Of a stretch of DNA of 64,000 nt, positions 1 to 9,821 are shown in pieces. The notes beneath the pieces are model-generated. The model saw only the letters and a list, made by a program, of their open reading frames with translations, ran no database searches and was not told where the DNA came from. The stretch is from a virus (Duplodnaviria; Caudoviricetes). Position 1 is the stretch's first letter. Every line of letters starts with the position of its first letter. The DNA lies in the IMG/VR virus record IMGVR_UViG_3300033067_001119, positions 1-64,000 of that record; one strand, 5' to 3'. The position numbers and the translations under genes are program-made.

Positions 1-7
1 CTCCCTC

Positions 8-1000
8 TCAGGTCTTGATTACGTCAATGCCCGTGACGAGGGAAGGCTGGACGTTGTTGTGGGCTTGACCGCCACCGGCGGCGACGTTGGTGATGGCAAC
101 GCCAGTCGTGGCGGCGACGTTCTGGAGCGAGTCGATACCGTACTGGGCCGCGGTGCTTACAACGGCAACGCCCCCGATATTTGCGGAGAACCCTGACCTT
201 CCAAAGCCGTGAGTGTGTCCCGGATCAGCCAGAGTGTTGGCGTGCGTGTGCGCCGCGAGCTGGGCGGTGGTCAGAGTGACCGTCTGCGCATCCAGCGCCG
301 CGCCAAGCGTCTGTCCGTTGATGCCGCAGCCCGCGGCCGTGATGCGGGTGCCGGTGCCGTCGTAGGGCAGAGACATGCGCCCCCGCGTATCCGGGACACC
401 AAAGGTGGTGACGCCGTCGCCACCGAACTTGGAGCCGAGCTGCGCGCCCAAGAACGGATAATCGGAAATGTTGTAGAGAGTGCCGTCCTGCAGCAGGTAC
501 GGCTTGACAGTGCAGGCTGCTACCCACGCTGGCATCGCCGACAGGCCGTTCCAGTGGTCGCGCGCGCCAACGCGGCCGAGGCCTACGAAGCGCACGTTGG
601 CTCCGTCATTGTAGATTTCGAGGCGCTCGCCCTGCGGGGTGCCGATCACCTCGGTGGCCGTCGCGCCTTGGAAAGAAAGCACGAACGCGCCGGTTGTCAG
701 GTTCTCGATGATGTAGGAGCCCGGCAGCGGCAACGTGACGCGGACGTCGGCCGACAGCACGCCGGTGAAGCGCAGTATCCGGTTCTGCGACTGCGTGGGG
801 CCAGCGCTGGGCGACGACGTGAAGCTCGCCGGAGACGTCAGGGTGACGGGCGCATTGGAGACGCTGACCGTCTGCAGGCCGCCGATCAGGCCGTCGAGCG
901 CAATGAAGTCGGGGTTGAGGGCAGCCGATCCCCATGTGCCGACCTCGGTGCCCGTGACAGGCACGATAAATCCGACGTTTGAGGTAAATGGGCCCGGCAC
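8..1000 (-). CDS. Tail fibre protein with phage tail-collar domain
   Basis: YNISDYPFLGAQLGSKFGGDGVTTFGVPDTRGR and HNNVQPS C-terminus, typical of tail-collar proteins. Confidence 0.85.
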   Translation of the reverse strand: MPGPFTSNVGFIVPVTGTEVGTWGSAALNPDFIALDGLIGGLQTVSVSNAPVTLTSPASFTSSPSAGPTQSQNRILRFTGVLSADVRVTLPLPGSYIIENLTTGAFVLSFQGATATEVIGTPQGERLEIYNDGANVRFVGLGRVGARDHWNGLSAMPAWVAACTVKPYLLQDGTLYNISDYPFLGAQLGSKFGGDGVTTFGVPDTRGRMSLPYDGTGTRITAAGCGINGQTLGAALDAQTVTLTTAQLAAHTHANTLADPGHTHGFGRSGFSANIGGVAVVSTAAQYGIDSLQNVAATTGVAITNVAAGGGQAHNNVQPSLVTGIDVIKT

Positions 1001-1014
1001 TGTCTATCCCCCAA

Positions 1015-1725
1015 TCAGGTGCGAGGCGGCGTCGCGATGGGGTCGGGGTCCTTTGACGTCCAACCTTCGCTGCCGAACTTCTTCCTGATCTCCTCCCTCT
1101 TGGCCGAATCCAAGAGGGTCTTCACATGCGTTTCCCACGTTACACCAGCCTGCGGGTTGTCGCCAGCAGCTGAGAAATTGAGCTGGTAGCCCGCCGACAT
1201 CACGAGCGCTGCGGCGAGGAAGACATCCGGCAGGTACGTCGACAGGAACGTCGTCTGGTTCGAGGCCGACAGCGGGTCGGGGCGAATGGTGCCAACCACC
1301 TCCATCGTGTAGGCGGCATCCGGCCACGGGCCCAGTATCCACGTTGTCTGGTTGAGCGGCGCGAAGAACTCCGGCACGCCAGCCCCGGCAACACTGTTCC
1401 ATGTCGCGTCCAGATATTCCTTTGACGTGGGATCGAGCGCATTGCGCGTGCCCGCATCCGGATCAGTCTCGGTCGACGGCGTGATGACGTTGAACTGCTC
1501 GACGACGACGAACGTGCCGGAGCCAGTCGGCAGCGTGAAGTTACGGTTACTGGCCGTCAGAAGTCCCGTCGCGCGCACCCGCGTCGACAGCAGGTCAAGC
1601 TCGCGATAGAGCCGCTGCTCCGCATCGTCGATGATGTTGGGCAGCGCGAGCACATAGTTTGGGTCCGTCACCGGTACGACGATCATGTTGGCCAGCGAGG
1701 TCGTGAAGGTGTTGTAGGTCAGCAT
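1015..1725 (-). CDS. Head-tail adaptor-like virion protein
   Basis: IDDAEQRLYREL and GVPEFFA...LGPWPDAAYTMEV motifs; position in tail module. Confidence 0.65.
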   Translation of the reverse strand: MLTYNTFTTSLANMIVVPVTDPNYVLALPNIIDDAEQRLYRELDLLSTRVRATGLLTASNRNFTLPTGSGTFVVVEQFNVITPSTETDPDAGTRNALDPTSKEYLDATWNSVAGAGVPEFFAPLNQTTWILGPWPDAAYTMEVVGTIRPDPLSASNQTTFLSTYLPDVFLAAALVMSAGYQLNFSAAGDNPQAGVTWETHVKTLLDSAKREEIRKKFGSEGWTSKDPDPIATPPRT

Positions 1726-1726
1726 C

Positions 1727-4700
1727 TCAGTTCAGGTTTCCTGTATAGCAAGCCGCAGAAGTGCAGGTGGCCGCCGGGAGCGTGTAGGTCCAGCCGGGGG
1801 CAATGTTTTGCGAGATCACGTCGTATTGCGAGCACTGCTTCAGAATGGCGGTACCTGCGCCCGTGCCCTTGTCGATGAACCTGTTCCCCGCAATGTAGGC
1901 GCGGTTCACCTGCGTGCCGCAGTTGCCGAGGATGTTGATGAGCGGATTGGTGTAGGCGACGTTCGGTGACGTCTGGAAGATGTTGTTCACGATATGGAAG
2001 TTGTTCACGCCTGCAGTGGTCGGGGCAAATGCGCTCACGACTTCCATGGCCACTGGAAACTCGGTGAAGTACGAGTTGCTCAACCAGATATTCGAGTTCA
2101 CGACGCTGGCCGAAACTCCGGCGAAGACGACCGAGTTGACGGCCCCCGTGAAGTAAAGCTGATCCATGTTGAGCGTGCAGAGGGTGCAGTTCTGCATCTG
2201 GATGTAAGAGCCGTACGTCTGCCCACCCATCGCCACGTTGCCGAACCAAGCCGACGTCTTCGTCCCGCCTCCGGTCGTTTCCATCACCCAGCCGGTGACG
2301 CCCGTCTGCAGCCCGATGCCTCCGCCAACCATTTTGAAGTTGCCTGACGTCTGCACGCCGCCGTTAAACGTATCGAAGTTGCAGCCCGTACAGGTTATGC
2401 CAGCATCGCCAGCCGTCGCGAAGGTGCCGTAGAACATGTAGAGGCCAAGCTGCTGTGCCGTGGTGACGTTGGTCATCGTCATGCCGTCCACACGACCAAT
2501 CGAGAAGCACATCGCGCCGCTCGTCGATCCAGCAACCGGCGTCTGCGTGAGAGCGCCGTACTTTGTTGTCCCGGAGCCAATGCCGAATGGCCAGCAGTGG
2601 ATGTCCGTCAGGCGGATACTGTCGAGCGATCCGTCGATCTGGATGCCCTTGTTGTAGGCCGAGAACTGCACGTCCAGCATCTCAAGGCCGCCGCTGTTCC
2701 CGCGGAAATCAGCGAAGTCCCACGCCTCCTGCACCAGCACATGGCGCACCGACACACGCGCGCTGTCCTGACAATACAGGAATGGCTTGTAGGCCGTGAG
2801 CTGGCTGCGGATCGTCGACACGACGTAGGTCGTGATCGGCCCCGTATACGCCGTTGGCGCAAACGTCAGGGTCCACGATGTGCCGGAGCCGCTGGCGATA
2901 GTGACGTTTGGCTGCACCGATCCGGCCGGGCCGACCACTTGCCCGATGGCTATGCCGGTGCCGCTTGCCACCGTGAGGGATGTGCCGCTGATGGTTCCGG
3001 TAGTCGACGCCGCTGGCGTTGGCTCGGCCTGCGTAAACTGTACCATCAGATCGCGGATGGTGTTGCCCGGCTGCGAGCCGCTGCACTTGATGACCCCGTT
3101 GGTGAACCCGGCGTTGGAGGTGACGCAGAACGTCGGAACGCCGCGACCGTCGCCGAACACTTCCTGCGCGCCTGTCAGCTGCACGTCAGCTGTCAGCAGA
3201 TAGCAGCTCGACGGCTTGGGCCAGTAGATGTTCTTGCCGGTCGCGGCAGCTGTCGCAAACAGGGTCGAGGCGCTGACTGCGCCGGTGCCGTCTGCACCCA
3301 TCCACGCCATGTTGATCGGGAAGGCGTTCGAGCACGTCCACGCCGACAGCGTGCGCGCAATGACGTAGCCCACCGTATTGCAGTAGATGCTGTCGAACAG
3401 CGACGTGCCGCTCGTGCCGGTCGGCGTGGCTGTGCCGCCCGAGACGTTGGCCAAGACGCGGTTGTTGGCAATGGTCTGCGAGTTGATGATGTCCGCTGGC
3501 AGGACGTATTTGATGGTGCCAGCTGAGTTGTCGTAGATCGGCAGCTTGTCCGCCGCGCCGGGGGTGCCGCGCGCCGTCAGGCCCTGAATGGTGAAGTCCT
3601 GCACGTTGGCAGTCGAGGACGTCGGGTTGCCCTTGAGCGTGGCAGCGCCGCCCTGCGCGAGGACCGAGTTGGGCACCGTGTTGGCACCGGCAACCGTGCC
3701 GCTGAAGGTTGGGCTCGCAATCGTCGGGCTGGTGTCCATCACCACCTTGCCCGTACCGGTGATCTGGTATTCGCCGAGAACGCCCGCGTTGTCGTACAGC
3801 ACGCGAGTGGTGGTGCCGCCGCCGACCGTCGTCGTTCCCACCGTGACGCCGCTCGTCGAACCCGAGAACAGCACCCACGTCGAGGCGGTGGTGCCAACGG
3901 TCGTCACAGCAGGAGACATCACCCACGTCTGGCCGACATTGGCCGAGCCAGCAGTGATGGCGGTCGTGCTGTTGTTCAGCATCTCCGCCGCGGTGTCGAA
4001 GTAGGTGGCGCGGGTGAGTATCCACGGAGCCGCGCCCGAGCCCAGCTGCGTCAGCGTGTAGATGCCGTTCTGCGCCGGGGCGGCCTGATTCTTGACCAGC
4101 ACCACGTCGTTCAGGGCGACAGCCGTTCCATCCACCGTCAGCGTGGTGTTGGAGCCAGCCGTCAGCGTCGCGCCGACACCGGACGCGCCGTTCGAGTAGG
4201 TCGGCGAGTTCGGCAGCACCGCGGCGGTCGCGAGCAGGCTCGCCGCCACCGGGTTGAAGCCGGAGCCGACGCTGTCGACGTAGGCCTTGCTGGCGGCGTC
4301 ACCCGCAGCCGAAGGCGTCGGCACGTTGGTGATGGTGGTGCCGCTGGCATTGAAGCTCGTTCCGGTGATGGAGCCGCCGGAGATCGCGACGCTGGAGGCG
4401 TTCTGGGTGGCAATCGTGCCAAGCCCGAGGCTGGAGCGTGCTCCCGCAGCCGTCGTCGCCCCCGTGCCGCCTCCCGCAAGGCCCAGCGTGCCGAACGTCA
4501 TTGCAGCGGAACCGCCACCACCCGACAGCATGGGCTGACCTGACGCGCCCGCGTCGGTCGGCAGGTTGAAGTTGTAGGTCCCGGCCGCAGTCGCGCCGGG
4601 CTTGATAGTGACCGTGCCCGATACCGCCCCGGCAAAGCCGATCTGGCCGGTCGAGGTGCCGGGGATGCCGAGGACCGGATTGGTGATGCCGGACGGCGCG

Positions 4701-4918
4701 GCGGTCGTGGTGCCGCGGTTGCCGTAGATGGTGCCGCCGCCGATGTTCGGCAGAACGGCCGACAGGGAGACCCACGACGGAAGGCCCAGAGTGACGCCGT
4801 TGTTGCCGCAGAACGTCGAGGCGGGTGCCTGCCCCGAGCACTGCGCAAGAGCGCTGGGCGAGGCTGTCAAGGCCAGCAGGAGGGCAATAATTGAGAACAG
4901 ATAGTCGCGACGAGTCAT
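1727..4918 (-). CDS. Tailspike/fibre with C-terminal pectate-lyase-like beta-helix (putative depolymerase)
   Basis: 1063 aa, G/T/S-rich; DAASKAYVDS and VLVKNQAAPAQNGIY fibre motifs; KNIYWPKPSSCYLL...EVFGDG beta-helix entry; signal-peptide-like N-terminus. Confidence 0.8.
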   Translation of the reverse strand: MTRRDYLFSIIALLLALTASPSALAQCSGQAPASTFCGNNGVTLGLPSWVSLSAVLPNIGGGTIYGNRGTTTAAPSGITNPVLGIPGTSTGQIGFAGAVSGTVTIKPGATAAGTYNFNLPTDAGASGQPMLSGGGGSAAMTFGTLGLAGGGTGATTAAGARSSLGLGTIATQNASSVAISGGSITGTSFNASGTTITNVPTPSAAGDAASKAYVDSVGSGFNPVAASLLATAAVLPNSPTYSNGASGVGATLTAGSNTTLTVDGTAVALNDVVLVKNQAAPAQNGIYTLTQLGSGAAPWILTRATYFDTAAEMLNNSTTAITAGSANVGQTWVMSPAVTTVGTTASTWVLFSGSTSGVTVGTTTVGGGTTTRVLYDNAGVLGEYQITGTGKVVMDTSPTIASPTFSGTVAGANTVPNSVLAQGGAATLKGNPTSSTANVQDFTIQGLTARGTPGAADKLPIYDNSAGTIKYVLPADIINSQTIANNRVLANVSGGTATPTGTSGTSLFDSIYCNTVGYVIARTLSAWTCSNAFPINMAWMGADGTGAVSASTLFATAAATGKNIYWPKPSSCYLLTADVQLTGAQEVFGDGRGVPTFCVTSNAGFTNGVIKCSGSQPGNTIRDLMVQFTQAEPTPAASTTGTISGTSLTVASGTGIAIGQVVGPAGSVQPNVTIASGSGTSWTLTFAPTAYTGPITTYVVSTIRSQLTAYKPFLYCQDSARVSVRHVLVQEAWDFADFRGNSGGLEMLDVQFSAYNKGIQIDGSLDSIRLTDIHCWPFGIGSGTTKYGALTQTPVAGSTSGAMCFSIGRVDGMTMTNVTTAQQLGLYMFYGTFATAGDAGITCTGCNFDTFNGGVQTSGNFKMVGGGIGLQTGVTGWVMETTGGGTKTSAWFGNVAMGGQTYGSYIQMQNCTLCTLNMDQLYFTGAVNSVVFAGVSASVVNSNIWLSNSYFTEFPVAMEVVSAFAPTTAGVNNFHIVNNIFQTSPNVAYTNPLINILGNCGTQVNRAYIAGNRFIDKGTGAGTAILKQCSQYDVISQNIAPGWTYTLPAATCTSAACYTGNLN

Positions 4919-5418
4919 GGCGCAAAATCTCCGTAAAACCCAGCAGCACCGATCCTACGTGCAGCAGCGGCCTGTTCCTTATCCTTAAATTCACCGAGGA
5001 AAATTCTCGATCCGTTTCGGTAGATTAAGGCTACCCAAACCCGTCTACGGCGAGAAAAAACCACTCCAGTCGAGCCGCTAGTATTGTCCTTTCTCATCGA
5101 AGAGTTTTGCTTGTTCTGCGTGACCGTAGCCTCGCGCAAGTTACTCCACCTGTTGTCGTCTCGCTTTCGGTTGCGATGGTCGATTTCAAATTGTGGCCAC
5201 TCGTTTTTCATGAAAAGCCAAGCCACGCGATGCGCCAAATAGAAGACGCCATTTATCCCTATGTATCGGTATCCATTTGATGTGACAGAGCCAGCGATTG
5301 CCCCCTTTGGCTGACGACCGCGCGCCGCCTTCCACCTGAACACGCCAGTCAATGGATCATACTCCAACAACTGCTGGATCGTCTCTGGGGGTAAATTTTT
5401 CGTTCTTTGCTTTGCCAT
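4915..5418 (-). CDS. HNH homing endonuclease with AP2-like domain
   Basis: LEYDPLTGVFRW, YLAHRVAW, IDHRNRKRDDNRWSNLREAT; more AT-rich than flanks. Confidence 0.9.
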   Translation of the reverse strand: MAKQRTKNLPPETIQQLLEYDPLTGVFRWKAARGRQPKGAIAGSVTSNGYRYIGINGVFYLAHRVAWLFMKNEWPQFEIDHRNRKRDDNRWSNLREATVTQNKQNSSMRKDNTSGSTGVVFSRRRRVWVALIYRNGSRIFLGEFKDKEQAAAARRIGAAGFYGDFAP

Positions 5419-5423
5419 GGGGT

Positions 5424-5915
5424 CTAACAGCTAGTTAGGTACCAGTTACCATCATCGAGCGGATTGAAAACGATCCCGCCGTAGGGATTGGTGATCAGCA
5501 GCGGGCTGGAGAGCCCGTCAGCGGTCCCGGTGAAGGAGATCGAGATGTTGTTGACGTTGGCGTCGCCCTTCAGGTCCCGGATCATGACCGGATTGAAGCT
5601 GCGCGAGACGGCGGTGCTCAGCAGTACGTACGTCGGCCCCGGCACGTCCTTGTTGATCAGGACCCGCGTGTCGGTCGTGAGCACATCGTAGGGGTCGCCG
5701 ATGGTCGCCCCGGTGGTGATGATGGTCGGGGCCTGCGGGGCAGTCACGAACCCGGCAAGCATCGCCAAGGTCATCTGGTAGTTGACGCCATCCTGCACGT
5801 CTCCGGGAGAGACGACCTCGATGATGGCTGTCGGATCGTACGCGCCGGAATACTCCGGCAGGTCCGTCATCTGGCCGCCGTTGAAAATCTGTCCGAGTGG
5901 GTTGGGTGTCGTCAC
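5424..5915 (-). CDS. Putative virion structural protein
   Basis: 163 aa ORF with phage-like codon use, in tail module. Confidence 0.55.
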   Translation of the reverse strand: MTTPNPLGQIFNGGQMTDLPEYSGAYDPTAIIEVVSPGDVQDGVNYQMTLAMLAGFVTAPQAPTIITTGATIGDPYDVLTTDTRVLINKDVPGPTYVLLSTAVSRSFNPVMIRDLKGDANVNNISISFTGTADGLSSPLLITNPYGGIVFNPLDDGNWYLTSC

Positions 5916-5923
5916 GAATCACC

Positions 5924-6286
5924 TCAATTCGTGTCGAAGTACTTGGAGACCTGCAGATAGCGCGGTCGCCCGCCCTGCAGGGTGCGAGGCTGGCCGCCCT
6001 GCAGCAGCCGCGGCCAGTATTCGTCGACCGGGTACGGCTCCGGAAGCGCATCCAAGAGCGGCGGCGGGTCCGGCGGCAGGATGATTGCGCCGAGCTGTCG
6101 CTGCGGAATGTCGAGGCACCGCTCGCAGACCTGCAGGTTGATCGACATCAGCTGCGTGCCGCGCCACTGCTGCTGCCACTGCAGGTCCACGAGGTTGGCG
6201 ATGAACCCGCAACGCTGACACGTCGACCATCCTTGGGGCCACCGAGGATTGGTGCGAGCCATTTTTGGATGTGGACGATGTGCCAT
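5924..6286 (-). CDS. Phage protein with two CxxC motifs
   Basis: CQRCGF...VCERCLD...PPDPPP pattern, downstream of adaptor gene. Confidence 0.6.
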   Translation of the reverse strand: MAHRPHPKMARTNPRWPQGWSTCQRCGFIANLVDLQWQQQWRGTQLMSINLQVCERCLDIPQRQLGAIILPPDPPPLLDALPEPYPVDEYWPRLLQGGQPRTLQGGRPRYLQVSKYFDTN

Positions 6287-6305
6287 GTGTCCTCATATCA
6301 CCCGC

Positions 6306-7007
6306 TCACCGACGCCGGTAGTATGTCGAGATCGTCGGCGACATCGTCAGCGGCGTGTTCTCGACGTTCTGCGCGGCAGCCACGTTCCAAGCCTCGACAG
6401 CATCCGCCTTGCGCAGCTGCTCCACCTCAATCGGAGCATAGGACCGCGACAGGCGATGTGCGAGACCCGCAATGAACCAGTCCAGCCACAGGTACGGCAC
6501 ATCCGGCGTCTCTCCGCCGGTCAGGTTGGCGTCCTGCATCTGGATGCAGCGGTAATACTTCAGCGTGTAGCCGCTGACGTTCGGCACCGGCCACAGCGTG
6601 ATGGTCGGGGAGATCAGCCTGTCGAACCAGTAGGACGTAGGCCTGCCCGGCGTCGTCTTGTTGGAGAACGAGGCATACTGGGTGCGGCTCACCGGCGTGA
6701 TGTAGAGGTCGTTGGCCGAGGTCGGCGTGGTGTCGTTCTGGGTGATCCACGCATCGAGGATCATGACGGTCTTGGCATCGACGGCGTAAGTGGCCTGCGC
6801 AACCGAGAGCGAAACAGAGACGAGGTCCACCTTCCAGAGGTTTACCTGCTTGTTGGCGGCCTCGGCGAGCAGCAGGTTCAGCTCCCGCCGGGCGGTCGCC
6901 ATGTGCTTCTGGGTGATCGACGGCGCAAAAATCTTGATGCGCTCGTAGGCTGCCAGCACTACCTCGCCGTTGGAGATCGCAAAGTCGTACGTGCCGCTGC
7001 TCGCCAT
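6306..7007 (-). CDS. Head-tail adaptor (tail tubular A-like)
   Basis: MASSGTYDF...ARRELNLLLAEAANKQVNLW and GRPTSYWFDR...LWPVP motifs. Confidence 0.75.
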   Translation of the reverse strand: MASSGTYDFAISNGEVVLAAYERIKIFAPSITQKHMATARRELNLLLAEAANKQVNLWKVDLVSVSLSVAQATYAVDAKTVMILDAWITQNDTTPTSANDLYITPVSRTQYASFSNKTTPGRPTSYWFDRLISPTITLWPVPNVSGYTLKYYRCIQMQDANLTGGETPDVPYLWLDWFIAGLAHRLSRSYAPIEVEQLRKADAVEAWNVAAAQNVENTPLTMSPTISTYYRRR

Positions 7008-7008
7008 A

Positions 7009-7785
7009 TCATGCCACTGTCACGAGTGCCGTCCACGTCGTGCCGCCGTCTGTGTTGATGTAGGCGCGGTCATTGACGCCGGAGCCGTCGCTGCGCAGGT
7101 ACAGGGAGCCCTTCGCAGCAGCCAGCGTCGGCGCTCCCGATCCAAAGAACACCCCGAAGTTCGACGTCGACGAAAACTTGTAGCCCGTTCCGGCCGTGCC
7201 GCCCGCCGGGATTGCGGTCGCATTCGCAATCGTCGGGCCAGTCGTGCCCCAAGTGACGTTGCTGGGCGTGTATTTGTGCACGCTCCAGACACCGGCGGCA
7301 GTCGCAATCGAGGTGCAGGTGACGTCGGCCATGCCACCGGCGGCCACCGTCGTAACTGCGCCCGAGGCGCTATCCACGACCGTCAGCAGGCCAGTCGAGT
7401 TGTTGATGAAGCGGAAGCTCGCGCCGGTCGCCGAATAGGTCGTCGCATCAGGCAGCGCAAAGCTCTGCGCCGACGTCCCGGTCAGGACTTGCGTGAAGGC
7501 CGACCCCTCCGTCAGCGTCGTCGTGCCAGCGGCTGACGTGACCGAGTCAAGCGCGCCGATGAAGTTGTTGGCGTAGGAGTTGGCCGTATCGTCACGCAGG
7601 ACGACGCTCGTCACCTGCGAGGTGGCGCTCGCCAGATACTCGCCCACCACTCCGGAATTGTCGTAGAGGAAGCTGCCGCTGGCCCCGCCCGTGATGGTGC
7701 TTACACCAACCGTCAGGTTGTCGCTCCCGGCAATCCCCGGGATCAGCTCTACGCCTACTGCTGCAAGTTCAACGCCTGTCGCCAT
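7009..7785 (-). CDS. Virion fibre/decoration protein
   Basis: C-terminal GSGAPTLAAAKGSLYLRSDG motif; G/T/S-rich. Confidence 0.6.
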   Translation of the reverse strand: MATGVELAAVGVELIPGIAGSDNLTVGVSTITGGASGSFLYDNSGVVGEYLASATSQVTSVVLRDDTANSYANNFIGALDSVTSAAGTTTLTEGSAFTQVLTGTSAQSFALPDATTYSATGASFRFINNSTGLLTVVDSASGAVTTVAAGGMADVTCTSIATAAGVWSVHKYTPSNVTWGTTGPTIANATAIPAGGTAGTGYKFSSTSNFGVFFGSGAPTLAAAKGSLYLRSDGSGVNDRAYINTDGGTTWTALVTVA

Positions 7786-7794
7786 CTGGGCTCC

Positions 7795-8115
7795 TCAGTT
7801 ACTCGTGAAGCCCTGAAGGGTTTCTAGGGTGAGGGTGCCCGTCAGCGCCGCGATGACCACGCGAACGCGCGACACCGGGAACATGAAGTTGGTGACCTTG
7901 CTGGCGTTGGTGCTGGCGGGGATGTTGACGCTGTCCACCCAGATCGCATCCGTGTCAGCCACGTTGACGTCAGAGAGGCTGTACTGGAGCTTGTAGGTGG
8001 CTGTCGCGCTCAGGTTAACCCCGACGCTCGCGTTGAACGGCGAAATCGACGGATCGAGATTGACCGAGGTCTTGGTGCCGGTGGTGGTGTAGGCGACAGA
8101 GTGCGAAAGCGCCAT
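7795..8115 (-). CDS. Small virion structural protein
   Basis: 106 aa, beta-rich, in head-tail block. Confidence 0.55.
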   Translation of the reverse strand: MALSHSVAYTTTGTKTSVNLDPSISPFNASVGVNLSATATYKLQYSLSDVNVADTDAIWVDSVNIPASTNASKVTNFMFPVSRVRVVIAALTGTLTLETLQGFTSN

Positions 8116-8136
8116 TGCGATCTCCTGTTGGACCGC

Positions 8137-8337
8137 TCAGTCGCCCTGCTTGAGGTCAGGATACTTGCGGTAGACGGCCTCGCGGACCTTCCTCTTCAGG
8201 TCCCCGGTGCCAAACTGGCTTACCCGGGACAATGCATTAACCGCGTGGCTCCGGTCCTCGATGGGGTAGCTGCGATCAGGCCCGGCGAACTCGCTCGTCG
8301 GGATAGCCCTGCGCGTAGCTGCCGTGAGGCGCGCCAC
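8137..8337 (-). CDS. Small conserved phage protein (DUF6582-like)
   Basis: RRAIPTSEFAGPDRSYPIEDRSHAVNALSRVSQFG pattern. Confidence 0.65.
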   Translation of the reverse strand: MARLTAATRRAIPTSEFAGPDRSYPIEDRSHAVNALSRVSQFGTGDLKRKVREAVYRKYPDLKQGD

Positions 8338-8340
8338 AGC

Positions 8341-8535
8341 TCAGCCCTTGGTCGCCCGGTGCGCCGACGAGAACGGACGCTTGTCCGAACCGACGCCGCC
8401 GCCGGAGGCACGGCGCGGACGATCCATCCGGCCCTTCGCCATCTTGCCCTCGGGCATGCCGCAAACCTTGCCGCCCTTCTTGCGGGCAGCCGCCTCCTTG
8501 AAGACGTTCGGGTTGCCGGAAACCTTGTCAGCCAT
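8341..8535 (-). CDS. Small basic protein with RASGG motif
   Basis: 64 aa, K/R/G-rich, RBS upstream. Confidence 0.6.
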   Translation of the reverse strand: MADKVSGNPNVFKEAAARKKGGKVCGMPEGKMAKGRMDRPRRASGGGVGSDKRPFSSAHRATKG

Positions 8536-8546
8536 GTCAGTCCTCC

Positions 8547-9242
8547 TTACCGCTCGAACGCGGCAAACAGATAGTCGACGGTCATCGTCTTGGCGACCGC
8601 CTCGCCGTTCTGAAGCGTGACCGAAACCGTCAGGTTGGTGGCATCAGGCAGGTAGGTCGACGATGCGTCGATGGAGCCGATCTGGGTGCCGTTGTAGCCG
8701 TAGTACAGGCGGCCTGCGCCGTTGTAGTACCACTGCAGCGTGATGAAGGTGTCGTCGGCCATGGTCGCAATGGCCGTCGCGGTGTTGGAGCCGGTGGTCG
8801 CGTTCTTCCGGCAGATGACGGCGACCGAGGTCGAGCCGTCGTTCTTCTGGAAGTAGATGCCGTCCGTCGCATCCAGCGGCGTGGTGTCGACGATGACGAT
8901 GCCGACCTGAACGTCGCTCTGCGTCGCATCCGAAACCTTCAGCCGGGCCGAGAACCACGCCTGCTTGGCGGCGGTCATCGCAAAGGCGGCTGGCGTCTTC
9001 TGCAGCGAGACGAGGTCGTCGTCGGCGGCAGTGTTGGTGATCAGCAGCAGGCCGCCGTCACCGGCAGTCAGCGCCTCGGTCGCCGCCGAGTCCGTCTCGG
9101 TAACGACCCAGTCCCCAGCCGTGTAGACATCGAAGTCGTTGAAGTAAGTGTGGAACAGCGTCGGGTCCGGCGCGATCATGCTCGCGAACACGCTGTTCAA
9201 CTGCGCGTTCGTGATGCCGTCTGGGAAGTTGCTGGTCGCCAT
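8547..9242 (-). CDS. Capsid decoration/minor head protein
   Basis: MATSNFPDG...YFNDFD; lies downstream of the MCP. Confidence 0.65.
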   Translation of the reverse strand: MATSNFPDGITNAQLNSVFASMIAPDPTLFHTYFNDFDVYTAGDWVVTETDSAATEALTAGDGGLLLITNTAADDDLVSLQKTPAAFAMTAAKQAWFSARLKVSDATQSDVQVGIVIVDTTPLDATDGIYFQKNDGSTSVAVICRKNATTGSNTATAIATMADDTFITLQWYYNGAGRLYYGYNGTQIGSIDASSTYLPDATNLTVSVTLQNGEAVAKTMTVDYLFAAFER

Positions 9243-9245
9243 CTC

Positions 9246-9779
9246 TTACGCTCCAAAACCCAACGGCATGACCGGGACTACCGGCTGCACCAAAGGCACA
9301 TCTCTCGTCTCACCATCGTGAGCAAATTCACCTTGGAGCTTTCGAGCCGCTTCGAGGTATGCCGCATGGGCCTCCTCTTTCGTATCGAAATACCCCAGAG
9401 CAATCTGCCTTCTCTGGTAGGTGATGGATGCCTGCCACCGGCCGGTCCATCTCCCTCGCTTCAAGACCTTGCTGGCACCTTTCAGACCGCTGGTATTTCG
9501 CGAGTGCCGCTTTGCGTTAGCGGAATTCTGCGAGTACGTCGCAATTCTCAGGTTGTCGATCCGATTATCGAGGCGATCACCATTGATGTGGTCGATCACC
9601 TTCCCTTCCGGGTCTTCGCCAGTCGCCAGCAGCCAAGCCACTCTATGAGCCCACAAACTCTTCTGGTTCACTCGAAGTAGCCGGTACCCATTGCTGATGG
9701 AGCCGGGCTCTTTCTTCCAAGTGAACCGGCCAGTTGCCGGATCGTAGGTCAGCTCCTCTGACAGCTCTCGGTAGTCCAT
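9246..9779 (-). CDS. HNH homing endonuclease with AP2-like domain
   Basis: LTYDPATGRFTW, LWAHRVAW, IDHINGDRLDNRIDNLR; start moved to the ATG after the GGGAGG RBS. Confidence 0.9.
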   Translation of the reverse strand: MDYRELSEELTYDPATGRFTWKKEPGSISNGYRLLRVNQKSLWAHRVAWLLATGEDPEGKVIDHINGDRLDNRIDNLRIATYSQNSANAKRHSRNTSGLKGASKVLKRGRWTGRWQASITYQRRQIALGYFDTKEEAHAAYLEAARKLQGEFAHDGETRDVPLVQPVVPVMPLGFGA

Positions 9780-9783
9780 CTCG

Positions 9784-9805
9784 CCTCCCTCTTGGTAGAA
9801 GGAGG
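9784..9805 (-). promoter_or_regulatory. 9-bp hairpin sequestering the HNH Shine-Dalgarno
   Basis: CCTCCTTCT-ACCA-AGAGGGAGG, preceded by TGTGATATGAT (-10-like). Confidence 0.65.
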
Positions 9806-9821
9806 AAATCATATCACACCA

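Noticed and set aside
5424-5438. CTAAC-AGCTA-GTTAG palindrome resembling the operator
   Set aside because: Outer bases break the GTnnAC consensus and there is no -35 or hairpin
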